Below, piece after piece: positions 55,075 to 64,000 of a stretch of DNA of 64,000 bases. Origin of the DNA: a virus. Location: IMG/VR virus record IMGVR_UViG_2509601026_000001. The stretch is one strand, 5' to 3'. Under the pieces are notes generated by a model. It saw nothing but the letters and a program-made list of their open reading frames with translations. It did not search any database and was not told the origin of the DNA. Numbering within the stretch: position 1 is the first letter of the stretch; each line of letters begins with the position of its first letter. A program made the translations under genes and the position numbers.

Positions 55075-55919
55075 AGCGTAGCCAGGTCTGCGGCGAGAGT
55101 ATTGAGGGACGATCGCATGTTGGCAAGATTAACGGCTTCACCAACCGAATAAAAGAGAATGCGATTGGTTCCAAATAAAACTGGATCACCATCGCCAGCA
55201 TCAGCGTTATTGCGGCCTAGCAAAAACGTCCGACGACTTGCAGCAGTAGTGGAATTTAAGGCAGCCGTAACAACAGAACCCGTTGCTTCCAGGTAATCAA
55301 GCTGAGTCCCATTACTTCGGCTATGTCCATAAAAACCAACCCCAGGGCCGGTGCCTCCTACTGTTGAACCCGTGCTACGACTTCTGAATTGAGATACACC
55401 GGAAAAAACTAAGTTATGGCTGGTAGGGTTGGCCCATCCTGCACAAATTACACTTCTTTCGCCACCTGTTCCAGTTGCAGCAAGCTGCGATATGTACGCA
55501 ACTTGATGGTAGCTATTTTGAGGGTCAGCGTCACTTTGACGATTTAGTTCAACGTATTTACTGATGCCATTTCCCTTTAAGCCACCTGAGCGACTGCGAT
55601 CACCTGAAACAAATCCAAAGTTTGTAGGTGACGGCATAGCAACTGTCATTGGCACTAGGGAACCTGCCAATGTTCGCGCACCAGCTAAAATGCAGGCTGA
55701 CTTCAGAGCTAAAAAATTACTGTATGCCTTCAGGGAAATGAAGAACTTATCATAAGCCTGCCTAACTATGTTCTCAAGATTTTGTCCGTCAGCAGCTTCA
55801 ACACGAGCAATATAGCTAGCGGCATCAACATCTATTGGAATATAAAGAGTCGGCTTCTGTGATATTACAGAAATTGGTATATGTCCTAGGCTTAGTCCGA
55901 CCACACTTAAATGCTCCAT
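55071..55919 (-). CDS. tail-associated protein (lectin/ConA-like)
   Basis: DAASYIARVEAADGQNLE...KSACILAGARTLAG...GLKGNG.SKY, a recurrent freshwater-phage tail module. Confidence 0.55.
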   Translation of the reverse strand: MEHLSVVGLSLGHIPISVISQKPTLYIPIDVDAASYIARVEAADGQNLENIVRQAYDKFFISLKAYSNFLALKSACILAGARTLAGSLVPMTVAMPSPTNFGFVSGDRSRSGGLKGNGISKYVELNRQSDADPQNSYHQVAYISQLAATGTGGERSVICAGWANPTSHNLVFSGVSQFRSRSTGSTVGGTGPGVGFYGHSRSNGTQLDYLEATGSVVTAALNSTTAASRRTFLLGRNNADAGDGDPVLFGTNRILFYSVGEAVNLANMRSSLNTLAADLATL

Positions 55920-56422
55920 TCAATAGCAGTGCCATTGACCGTAAAACTGTCACTGGTACTAATATTTGCGGGATCACGAAATCTGATAATTTGCCCAGCC
56001 TTTAGAAATAAAGGTGGTAGCGGGACCAGAAGATAATCGCTGTTAACGCCACCAAAAGCAGACTCATAGGGAGCACCAGCTGCAAAGGCATACTCACGGG
56101 TCTGAGAAGCCGCTTGACTAACGCCTGAGCGTTGACTGCAAAGAACGACACCGCTACTGGTTTCGTAAGTAAGTCTCAGCCCACGATTCCCAGCAGTGGC
56201 ACTACTTACATAGCTCAGGCGAAAAGCTTGCACTTGCCAGATCTTGTTGGCAGGGACCGTAAAGGTGCGGTTATTGTTTGCCCCTCCAGTGTTGGCATTA
56301 AGCAGCTCAACAGGAGTGCCAATAAAAGGAGTTGAGCTACTGGGTTGCTGAAAAGCACCATTAGCATCAACTCTTACGCCAGTCCAAGTCCCATCAGGCA
56401 GTTGCCCGTAAAGTCTGCCCAT
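55907..56422 (-). CDS. putative structural/tail protein
   Basis: beta-rich; FTVPANKIW. Confidence 0.5.
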   Translation of the reverse strand: MGRLYGQLPDGTWTGVRVDANGAFQQPSSSTPFIGTPVELLNANTGGANNNRTFTVPANKIWQVQAFRLSYVSSATAGNRGLRLTYETSSGVVLCSQRSGVSQAASQTREYAFAAGAPYESAFGGVNSDYLLVPLPPLFLKAGQIIRFRDPANISTSDSFTVNGTAIEWSI

Positions 56423-56587
56423 ATTGAGCCTCGCAGTTTATTCGATTCTACCGATCTTCTCAGTTAGAACTACAATTAATCAATTCAATGTGTCGGATCA
56501 TGAAAAAACGACCTAGTATTATTCGTAAGCGAAAGCCTCTGCCGCTAAAGGCTAAAATTGCAATTGCAATAATTAAAGAGTTGCAGG

Positions 56588-57070
56588 GTGACTCAACTAA
56601 GCGAAATCGAGAAAAGCAAAATTAGGTTTCACCTGGGCTATGCCTCCTATTCCGGCATTCCGGCCCAGGATGTTGGTCAGCTCGAAGAGGCTCTTAATGA
56701 GGTTTGGAGCAAGACCATCTACGGGTATATCCTGCAACAGATTGAAATTTGTGAGTCGGCCTGGGCCAAAACAAATCAGACCGAAGAACCAGCCGGTGAA
56801 AAGACGTTGTTTGTTGGTGATATCAACCGCTCTAACCTCAAGTGGGACTTAGCCAAAGGTACTCGGCAGTGGAACCAATACTATCTGGATAAGTGCGATG
56901 ACCTGGCCCTGACACTCCACGTTTTCAACTACCGGAACCAAGAGGTTAGAAGTCAGCGGTTTGAACGCTGGGGGGCAGTCTATTTGCAATCAATTCCCGG
57001 CCCTGCCGATACGTCGATCGCTGATCATGTTGTGATCGGCAATCTATTGTCTTCATCATTTGGATGGTAA
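56588..57070 (+). CDS. putative head-completion/neck protein, paralog B (160 aa)
   Basis: IRFHLGY, GDINR, FERWGA..L..IPGPADT. Confidence 0.6.
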   Translation: MTQLSEIEKSKIRFHLGYASYSGIPAQDVGQLEEALNEVWSKTIYGYILQQIEICESAWAKTNQTEEPAGEKTLFVGDINRSNLKWDLAKGTRQWNQYYLDKCDDLALTLHVFNYRNQEVRSQRFERWGAVYLQSIPGPADTSIADHVVIGNLLSSSFGW

Positions 57071-57543
57071 TCATGAGCCAAAATACGCAGCCGATCTATA
57101 CCAAGACTCCACTGACAGGGATGGTTCTGCTGACAAACCAGACAGCTGGCCGAGATCCTGGGTCCGCAAACCTGCCCCTCTTGGTAGAGGGCAGTGCGTC
57201 AGGTGCCCTTATTGAGTGCATTCGGGTTGTCTTCTTGGGCAACGAAGCAGACCCCTTCGAGGTTCGGTTGTATCGGAAGAAGGCTGATCAAACCTCGGCC
57301 CAGTTATTTGCGGTGCTGCCGATCAACACGGTCGTTGACCTGGGCGACAAAACCAGTGGAGAAGTGACCTGGGCAAACCTGGCCACCGCAAAATTCAGCG
57401 CTGATTTTGAACTGCCGCCGATCTTAATGGGAACCGACAAAACAGCTCTGCGGCTCGAACCCTACGAGAATCTGTATCTGGGCGTCAGCTCAGCGCTGAC
57501 CAATGGGGTGAACGTCTTTGCCATAGGTGGGCAGTACGAATAA
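57064..57543 (+). CDS. putative structural protein
   Basis: NTQPIY...LRLEPYENLYLGV. Confidence 0.55.
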   Translation: MVIMSQNTQPIYTKTPLTGMVLLTNQTAGRDPGSANLPLLVEGSASGALIECIRVVFLGNEADPFEVRLYRKKADQTSAQLFAVLPINTVVDLGDKTSGEVTWANLATAKFSADFELPPILMGTDKTALRLEPYENLYLGVSSALTNGVNVFAIGGQYE

Positions 57544-59171
57544 TGGTCCGGCGCAAAAGTCGAAAGGGTGGTTTTGGCTGGAAAGAGGAAAAGTCGTGGA
57601 ACCAGTCAAAGCCGCATTCCGACAAAACAGAATCATCGGCCTACTCCCCAAAGGTGCCGGGGGCGAGGCCTCGATCGCCTAAAGTTTGGTGCTCACCAGA
57701 TGGTGTAGACGACCTGAAGCCTGGGCGCAGGCGGGGCAGGCCCTATGGGTCTAAACCCATCTACGACGAGACGGACACCTACAACTATCAGTCAGAGTAT
57801 GCACGGTACGAGAAGGCCTTGCAGCTCAAGCCAGAGCTAAAGATTGGTGGCCTGTTTTTCTACAAGGCCAGTCGGGATTGCAACTTCCATGTGGTCATCT
57901 CACCAGATGTCACCTACGAGGAATTGCGGGATAACTGGAACCAGATCCCGCCCGAGTTTTCGATCATCGCACCACCGGAGTTCTGGGCCAATTTTCCAAG
58001 GCCCCAGTCTCCAACGCCTGGTGAGCCACTGTTCCCGAGCAGGCCAGTCTTCACAAATTCAGGTGACGATGAGCCAATGCCGGTCTACGGCTGCACGGAC
58101 CCAGAGGCAGAGAACTACAATCCGGAGGCAGAAATAGACGACGGCAGCTGCATCCTGCCCAATGCCGGTTGCACCGATCCCACCGCTGAAAATTACGACC
58201 CTACAGCAACCTATGACGATGGCTCCTGTGTCTATCCCGAGGATGATGAGGACCAACCGGAAGATCCAACAGAGCCAGCAAATTGCTACCTTGCGCCAAA
58301 GTACGATAGCCGCTGGGTGTCGGTCAGCCGAGAGCAGGCCGAATCTGGCCAGGGTTGCCCAATCGGCTACACCAACAATGGGTATGCTCAGATCGGCAAT
58401 AACTTTCAGGTGCTCTGCACGTTCGAGCAGACAGAAGCAGAAAGCTTTCAGCGGTTCTGGTATAAACCTGCCGGTGGGGACTGGGTGGCTGTAGATGGCA
58501 ACAATACAGCCTGCTGGCACGAAGATAGCGAGGAGCTACGAATTACCGGGGACGTTACCCTAACGGTGCCTGGGCCTCGGCCTGATGTGGCATCAGCCTG
58601 CGGCAAGCCTGACGCTGGCCAGCCTGCCCCGCTTTGCCCTGCTGCTACGCCTGGGTGGTTTTGCTCGGATGGGGTTTGTGAATACTCCGAGACAGATGGC
58701 GTCTACGCCACACAGGAGGAATGTGAGGCGGCCAGGGTGCCGGTCTATGGTCCCCCTCCATTTACCGGGGGCCAGTGCCCACCCCCGGCTCAATATGCAG
58801 TGAGCTATGAGATCAGGTCCAGAACGTCATTTTCAATCAACTGTGGAGGTTGGGGAGACTGGCGGCCTCAATCGGGAGTTATCCCTTCCCAGATTTTGTA
58901 TGGTCCGATCGGCTATCCGGTTCAACAAACATTCCCGTTCCCTGGAAGTTTTAGCGATATGGGTGTTCAGTATGTGTTGTCTGCCCATGATTCGGCTGGC
59001 AACCCAATTTCGGTTGCCTTGAATTTAGATGGGGCCGGGGGACGAACTTACTGGTCAGGCTGTGGAGTGTCCTATGAGTTCAGGAACTTCCAGGTGACTA
59101 GAATTGATGGTATGGGGCCAGATGACTGCGGTGATCCACAAGGCCCACTCGAAGGTTATGAATGCCCATGA
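57543..59171 (+). CDS. Cys-rich putative tail/adhesin protein
   Basis: two GCTDPxAENYxPxAxxDDGSC repeats; PPFTGGQCP domain. Confidence 0.6.
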   Translation: MVRRKSRKGGFGWKEEKSWNQSKPHSDKTESSAYSPKVPGARPRSPKVWCSPDGVDDLKPGRRRGRPYGSKPIYDETDTYNYQSEYARYEKALQLKPELKIGGLFFYKASRDCNFHVVISPDVTYEELRDNWNQIPPEFSIIAPPEFWANFPRPQSPTPGEPLFPSRPVFTNSGDDEPMPVYGCTDPEAENYNPEAEIDDGSCILPNAGCTDPTAENYDPTATYDDGSCVYPEDDEDQPEDPTEPANCYLAPKYDSRWVSVSREQAESGQGCPIGYTNNGYAQIGNNFQVLCTFEQTEAESFQRFWYKPAGGDWVAVDGNNTACWHEDSEELRITGDVTLTVPGPRPDVASACGKPDAGQPAPLCPAATPGWFCSDGVCEYSETDGVYATQEECEAARVPVYGPPPFTGGQCPPPAQYAVSYEIRSRTSFSINCGGWGDWRPQSGVIPSQILYGPIGYPVQQTFPFPGSFSDMGVQYVLSAHDSAGNPISVALNLDGAGGRTYWSGCGVSYEFRNFQVTRIDGMGPDDCGDPQGPLEGYECP

Positions 59172-59464
59172 GCACTCCTAGACGCTGGCTATGTTCCTGC
59201 CCAGACCATTCAGAACGGTTGCATAAGTTGAGCAACCTAAGCAAGACATGGGCTAATCCTGTGCGCGATTGGTCGGCCTCGAAGGCCGGAGCAAAGAACG
59301 ACTGCAAGCACATCATGAGCTCAAAGATATCGACTGGAATAACGCTGCCGTCGTTTTCGGATCAGCCGGTCGATCGTAAAAAAGTCTTGGCCCCTGGGGA
59401 GGCTAGAGCCAGGAGCCAAGGCCAGTCTTTTACGTTCAAGTCATTCCGTGGGTTTAGCAAATAG
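59162..59464 (+). CDS. small Cys-containing hypothetical protein
   Basis: WLCSCPD...CKH, SWIM-like. Confidence 0.45.
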   Translation: MPMSTPRRWLCSCPDHSERLHKLSNLSKTWANPVRDWSASKAGAKNDCKHIMSSKISTGITLPSFSDQPVDRKKVLAPGEARARSQGQSFTFKSFRGFSK

Positions 59465-60497
59465 CCTGGGCAACGGTGGCCGATTGCCAGGGGACACGTT
59501 CTGTAGATGCGCTGAGGTAGAGCGGGTGTTTGGGGTGTCCGGCCTTGGTTGTGCCCAGGCAATAAACGTTAGGCTTCAGCAGTTCATAGACTTCAGCTTC
59601 TCGATTAAAACTGCAATGAGCACCCCAGGCGGCGATCACCATTTCCGATCGCTCAGCAAAGTAGGCCAGCCACTTGTCATTGTCTGGCCCTACCGGGTCC
59701 GCCGCTGCCTTCATATCCTTCGGCAGGGTGGCCCTGAACCCGTAGGCATTGAGCATGAACATTCCGCCAAAGCCCCAAGATTTAGCAAAATTGATGCAAC
59801 GTCGAACCGTCGGATCATTATTCTCCTCATCGGCTGTCGATGGGTTAAGGCCACAAAAAGCAACCATCGGCAGCGACTCATCCCAGATGCGCCATAGGCC
59901 ATAACGCCAGGTTCGGCACTCAGAAAATAAAGCACCGCTAGGGGGCTGAATTAGATCAGAGCTATGAGAGCCTGACGAAACCCTTGAAAAGACAGCCCCT
60001 ACCTTTTCATCCATGACCTTAGCCCAATAGTCACGGTTAGGGCCTTTGTAAAAAACAATGCAGGTAAAATCGGGTGCGTCGTCGCACCCGTCAAACGAAA
60101 TGCGTTTGCGAGGATGGCAGGCCAGATCAAAATAGTCTAAAGCCATTCTCGCCCACCTGGTAGACAAGTCGCACCGAGCTAGAACAGTGATCTGTTCAAT
60201 GTCAGCGTCAAAGTCGATAATTCTTTGCATCCATGGGCGAGGGTTTGAAAATGGCCAGTTGCAGTACATATTGCCGTAGAACGGTTGTTCAAGGCCATCA
60301 TCCTGAATTGTATAAATCTTGTCGGCCCTGACGTTTTGATTGCCAATTACGTCGGAGCACGGGTCAAGATCAAAGCGATCGCACTGGTGGGCCTCGCGTA
60401 CTGCATCCATAAACCAAAGAGGAGAATATCGCTTGTCGGTATCTTCAAAGACGCCAACAATTTCAACCTCTCCGGTAATTGTTAGCTGATAGATCAT
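59454..60497 (-). CDS. phage Dam-family N6-adenine MTase fused to DUF1643
   Basis: FDLDPC..YTIQDDGL...CNWPFS; C-terminal half GLNPSTAD..DPTVRRC..AAWG..GHPKHPLY. Confidence 0.8.
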   Translation of the reverse strand: MIYQLTITGEVEIVGVFEDTDKRYSPLWFMDAVREAHQCDRFDLDPCSDVIGNQNVRADKIYTIQDDGLEQPFYGNMYCNWPFSNPRPWMQRIIDFDADIEQITVLARCDLSTRWARMALDYFDLACHPRKRISFDGCDDAPDFTCIVFYKGPNRDYWAKVMDEKVGAVFSRVSSGSHSSDLIQPPSGALFSECRTWRYGLWRIWDESLPMVAFCGLNPSTADEENNDPTVRRCINFAKSWGFGGMFMLNAYGFRATLPKDMKAAADPVGPDNDKWLAYFAERSEMVIAAWGAHCSFNREAEVYELLKPNVYCLGTTKAGHPKHPLYLSASTERVPWQSATVAQAIC

Positions 60498-60883
60498 AGC
60501 GGCAGCCTTGAGCGAATTTCCAACGGATCAGGTACGGCATCAAGGCCAAGAAAAACAGGGATTCCTTTTAGATCGGCATAGGCTTGTTCTCGATCGGCTC
60601 CTGAGCTTGAATACTCGGAGTCTAGCCGCACCAGAGCATCGCAACGGTCTAGCCAAGCTAAACACCAACTCATCCATTCTTCGTAAGGTCTCCCTCTGAT
60701 TTCATCGGAAAAATGAGAAAGTAGTGGGACAAAGGGAATATACCCCATGTCCATTAAATGATGCTGGGCCTTAATTTGAAGGATGACATTTTGAAGTGAA
60801 TCGCCTTGAGTGTAGGGTGAGCTAACAAATATTGTTTTCTGTCGGCTTAGGTAGGGAGAACTAACAAGGGGCATATTTTTCAT
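60494..60883 (-). CDS. DUF4406/DUF1937-like (nucleoside deoxyribosyltransferase-like) protein
   Basis: IFVSSPY...LSH...WLDRCDAL...SSGADRE. Confidence 0.7.
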   Translation of the reverse strand: MKNMPLVSSPYLSRQKTIFVSSPYTQGDSLQNVILQIKAQHHLMDMGYIPFVPLLSHFSDEIRGRPYEEWMSWCLAWLDRCDALVRLDSEYSSSGADREQAYADLKGIPVFLGLDAVPDPLEIRSRLPL

Positions 60884-60924
60884 GATGGCAAGAAAGCAAT
60901 AATAAAAATCTAGAGTGCAGTTTG

Positions 60925-61284
60925 TTATTCGGTTTTTTCGTCTATTTTTTGAGAGGTTAAAATAGAAGAGACGCGAGGAGCAAAATAATGTGGTTGCAGA
61001 ACCCTACCATTTTTGCCTGTCCTCTCGACTCGGATAATAAGCCGAGGGTTGCTAGATCCTCCAGTTTTTCCGTACCCGAAAAAACATTGAGATGCTTTTG
61101 CATCTAGTACCTCTTGACACTGAGTTGGTTTAATAAACGGTCTGAGGTAATAAATAGCAATGCCTTCTCGAATGCTGGTAAAACTACCGTCAGCTATTCG
61201 CCTAGATAATGGAGTTTTCCAGGTCACTTTTTCACCGATATAGCTTTGCGGTGTTCGGTGAGATTTTGGCAATTGTTTTTTCAT
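60925..61284 (-). CDS. hypothetical protein
   Basis: basic ORF in operon. Confidence 0.6.
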   Translation of the reverse strand: MKKQLPKSHRTPQSYIGEKVTWKTPLSRRIADGSFTSIREGIAIYYLRPFIKPTQCQEVLDAKASQCFFGYGKTGGSSNPRLIIRVERTGKNGRVLQPHYFAPRVSSILTSQKIDEKTE

Positions 61285-61634
61285 TTGATGTTTCGATCGG
61301 ATAAACGACTGTTCTGGTGAGCGTTGAATCTGTTGATAGTCGTCTGTCGAGCTTTACGCTTGCCGTCGGCTTTTCTTCGTAAGGCTTTTGCAAAGCTCAG
61401 GGTAGATGCAATGGCATCATTTCTATCAAGCCGGTCAAACGTTTCTTTGGCATAGCCAAACAGTTTGACCACATCAATCAAACTAGGGGAAGTGGTCAGC
61501 CATTCAAGAAAAGCCAAGAAGTCATCAGAGGCAGAAAGATCAGTTTCTTGGGGCAGGTACTCTACAGGCTGGCTAGAGCTGGACAGGGGCGGCGGTGGCG
61601 GCGGCGGTGGCGGTGGCGGCGGAATAGAAGTCAT
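61281..61634 (-). CDS. hypothetical protein with N-terminal poly-Pro
   Basis: run of about 12 Pro encoded by mixed CCN codons. Confidence 0.6.
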   Translation of the reverse strand: MTSIPPPPPPPPPPPPLSSSSQPVEYLPQETDLSASDDFLAFLEWLTTSPSLIDVVKLFGYAKETFDRLDRNDAIASTLSFAKALRRKADGKRKARQTTINRFNAHQNSRLSDRNIK

Positions 61635-61703
61635 CTGCTAGAACCGTGGACTGGTAACACGATTCTAGCAGAATTACAACTCAAGACCTATTCTATGGAA
61701 TTG

Positions 61704-61928
61704 TCAAACATGCAAACAAACTGTTGTTGGGGTAATGGTTCCGTTGTTCAGGGCTTCTTCTCTTGATCGCTGGCAGTCGTCCAATGTTTCGTAGCGAAAA
61801 GTATAACTTTCGCCAGTTTGATTGAGAACTCCGGTGTAATACCATTTCCGGGTATCTTCTGCATGGCCAGTGCAGGTAGTCAATAAAATGAGAAGCAGCG
61901 AGAAAGTGGCACGAAGAATAAATTTCAT
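61704..61928 (-). CDS. small secreted protein
   Basis: signal peptide MKFILRATFSLLLILL; start reassigned. Confidence 0.55.
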   Translation of the reverse strand: MKFILRATFSLLLILLTTCTGHAEDTRKWYYTGVLNQTGESYTFRYETLDDCQRSREEALNNGTITPTTVCLHV

Positions 61929-62136
61929 GGCAGGAAGGTAAATAGATGGACAGAATAAAAGTTGCAAATCAGTTGGCTGAGAAGCACCTTGCTCAACACG
62001 TTTTGGCTGGAAAGCAATCGCTACACCAGGCATCGAATAACAGAGGAGTGAACCAAACCCGTGAGGTTTATCGCCCTACAGGGATTGGCAAAAATGCGAT
62101 CGATACCGAAATGGTCAAGCAGAGCAGGCCATTTAC

Positions 62137-62745
62137 TCAAGGTGGACGTAAATACGGCTGGGCTGGCCAGGGAACTGTGGAGGCATGGCGATCGCAGACA
62201 GGTCTTGAGCTAGACAATCTGCGTAGGCCTGCCTTCTTTCCGGCAAAGCCAGACCCATCGGCTTGAGGGAATAGCAGTAGGTTCCCCTGCACGGGTGCCG
62301 GTGTGTCGGCCCAGGCGTCTTTTGGATGCAGCAAGGCATCTGAACTGAGGTAGGGCATATTGCCTCTAACCTCAAGCCACCGTGCTCGGTAGATGACCTG
62401 GCCCTGGGCATCGTCTACGTGGAACTCTTTAGACTGAAAGACGTTGTAGTAGAGCCGCAGGGTGCTGGTGGTGCGCTGGCCTGGGACCAAGATGCCTTGC
62501 CCCCAGGCATGGACATTCCGGGTCTGCTGCCGGATGGCCCGGTCGGCTCCTTTTTGGGATACGAAAAAAACCACATCTTTCAATGTGGCCTCGGTCACAT
62601 GGCCAATGACTCGCCAGCCTTTCTTAGTTGAATCGTAGCTCTGAATTGACATTCGCTTATTCAGTAGGTTGCGGTATATCCTCACAGGCTGGTGTTCCCA
62701 GCCCGGTTCGAGCGGTTTGACTCTGGGCATAAGGATCGGGTTCAA
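62137..62745 (-). CDS. conserved hypothetical phage protein
   Basis: VRIYRNL...VIGHV...FFVSQKG..R..RNVHAW. Confidence 0.65.
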   Translation of the reverse strand: MNPILMPRVKPLEPGWEHQPVRIYRNLLNKRMSIQSYDSTKKGWRVIGHVTEATLKDVVFFVSQKGADRAIRQQTRNVHAWGQGILVPGQRTTSTLRLYYNVFQSKEFHVDDAQGQVIYRARWLEVRGNMPYLSSDALLHPKDAWADTPAPVQGNLLLFPQADGSGFAGKKAGLRRLSSSRPVCDRHASTVPWPAQPYLRPP

Positions 62746-62947
62746 ATATAAATTGGTAGCCTCGTTTTTCTTGGGCTTTAATAAAATCGCTAAGCTGGCC
62801 TAGGCTTTGTCCCTGTGAAATTCCATGAGAATGGAAACCAAACTCATCACTGTAAAATTCACCAGAGGAATACTTGACATTGCCAATCACTATTTCATCT
62901 TTTCTGATTTCGTAAATAACAGGGTCATAATCTGGAATTATTGTCAT
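62657..62947 (-). CDS. hypothetical protein
   Basis: start reassigned to MTIIPD; 3' end overlaps next gene. Confidence 0.45.
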   Translation of the reverse strand: MTIIPDYDPVIYEIRKDEIVIGNVKYSSGEFYSDEFGFHSHGISQGQSLGQLSDFIKAQEKRGYQFIFEPDPYAQSQTARTGLGTPACEDIPQPTE

Positions 62948-62949
62948 AA

Positions 62950-63180
62950 CTAGCTCTCCTGCTCTTTCCAGTTTTTGCAAGGGCGAATGCTGACGTAATA
63001 CTCACCTTCGGTGAGATGTTTGTTAGCCTCTCTGGCTTCTTTGACTGCTTTACTGCGCAGAGTACCCGGCTCATATTCATGGGTAGTTTCTCGGGTATTT
63101 CCGTAGCGGTAATTTAGATAAAGAGTCATTGAATTAATCCTTGATAAATAAACGCCATTCCTTGTGATGTGAAATTTCAC
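62950..63180 (-). CDS. hypothetical protein
   Basis: YLNYRY...ET..EY. Confidence 0.55.
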   Translation of the reverse strand: MKFHITRNGVYLSRINSMTLYLNYRYGNTRETTHEYEPGTLRSKAVKEAREANKHLTEGEYYVSIRPCKNWKEQES

Positions 63181-63631
63181 AATTTATGAGCTTCGTGAGC
63201 GATGTTCTGGTCAGCTTGTACTTTTTACAAAACCTGGCTACCTTGCCGTTGTATAGGTTCTTCTTGCCATGTTGAGGATGAATAAGCACAGCAATAAGTC
63301 TGTCTTGCCTAGCCTTCTTGACAAGGTACTCAGGACACCTTTCGTCGGGCCTTGTAATTACCCAATAAAGAGTGTATTGAGTAACATGGTCGGGATAATA
63401 GAAAATCTCGTAGAAGATCAATCCCTTTTGTTTCAGCTCTCTCAATCTGACAGAGTTTCGTTTAACGTTTAGGCCAAGTGTTTCTGATAGGTCGGACATG
63501 GAAAATGTTGTGCCGACAAATTCACGTAAGGCTAGAACCCAGTGGATATGGCCTGACTCAATGCCGCATGGATACTTATTTGCCAGCCATCGCATCAGCT
63601 CATATTCTTGTTCGTCTAGTGCCATAGTCAA
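63134..63631 (-). CDS. putative HTH DNA-binding protein
   Basis: MSDLSETLGLNVKRNSVRLRELKQKGLI. Confidence 0.55.
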   Translation of the reverse strand: MTMALDEQEYELMRWLANKYPCGIESGHIHWVLALREFVGTTFSMSDLSETLGLNVKRNSVRLRELKQKGLIFYEIFYYPDHVTQYTLYWVITRPDERCPEYLVKKARQDRLIAVLIHPQHGKKNLYNGKVARFCKKYKLTRTSLTKLINCEISHHKEWRLFIKD

Positions 63632-63934
63632 TTAGAGAGGCGTTGGTTTTTTGTAGCCGAGAAGACGCTTTTCAGATGGCATCATTGCGCCCAATCTACG
63701 AGGCAGCATAATGCGATAATTGGCCTCTGAATACTGAAAAGAAACATCCTTGTTGAACTCAACATCTCGAAAGTTAACGGTGAAGCCGGAAGATCTGTTG
63801 ACGTAAGTAAAAGGCCTAGACTTCCAACCTTTAGGCTCATCAACCCAATTAACTGGATCGCAGGCGTTGGCTGAAATGCAGGCACCACTTGATTCAACGA
63901 GGTCTAATCGTCGTGTTTCTTGATTGCACTCCAA
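63632..63934 (-). CDS. hypothetical protein
   Basis: ORF in operon. Confidence 0.5.
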   Translation of the reverse strand: MECNQETRRLDLVESSGACISANACDPVNWVDEPKGWKSRPFTYVNRSSGFTVNFRDVEFNKDVSFQYSEANYRIMLPRRLGAMMPSEKRLLGYKKPTPL

Positions 63935-64000
63935 GGCCCGAGTCTTTTTCCCGTTTACTGTTTTGTCTACCCAATTGCAATCGGTATATCTTTCTCGTAA

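Noticed and set aside
61946-62266. Plus-strand 106-aa ORF
   Set aside because: Overlaps minus-strand genes at both ends and has no recognisable motif; left uncalled.
1-64000. tRNA, rRNA, integrase, photosynthesis AMGs (psbA, hli)
   Set aside because: No matching motifs recognised on reading; tRNAscan-SE and HMM searches would be needed to exclude them formally.

Overview
This window is a segment of a large tailed dsDNA cyanophage or phage-like replicon. I read at least 25 HIP1 octamers (GCGATCGC) where about 1 is expected by chance, and DnaN and SSB are cyanobacterial-type, so the host is probably a HIP1-bearing cyanobacterium. Positions 1-31.4 kb are an almost entirely minus-strand early/replication arm: HNH nuclease, large adenine MTase fusion, DnaN, primase-helicase with an adjacent iteron origin, divergent XRE regulator, PD-(D/E)XK exonuclease, NUDIX, Gp157-like protein, three SSB/OB-fold proteins, AlkB-like dioxygenase, DUF4326, GGDEF and many small ORFs. 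Positions 36.6-59.5 kb are a mostly plus-strand morphogenesis arm: probable ejection proteins, terminase, Dps, portal, scaffold, major capsid, two head-completion paralogs and tail-associated genes. A minus-strand block with a Dam-DUF1643 fusion follows. The most unusual features are non-coding. (1) About 18 copies of a hairpin, 17 with an invariant C-GGA-G loop and covarying stems, often fused to HIP1, separate the early genes roughly one per repeat. (2) Seven related 28-29 bp units form a tandem array heading that operon. (3) A perfect 78-bp inverted repeat (31848-31925 / 36424-36501) brackets a 4.5-kb two-gene segment at the early/late junction. No tRNA, CRISPR array, integrase, invertase or RNA polymerase was recognised. 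All protein calls come from motif recognition by eye, not from database searches.
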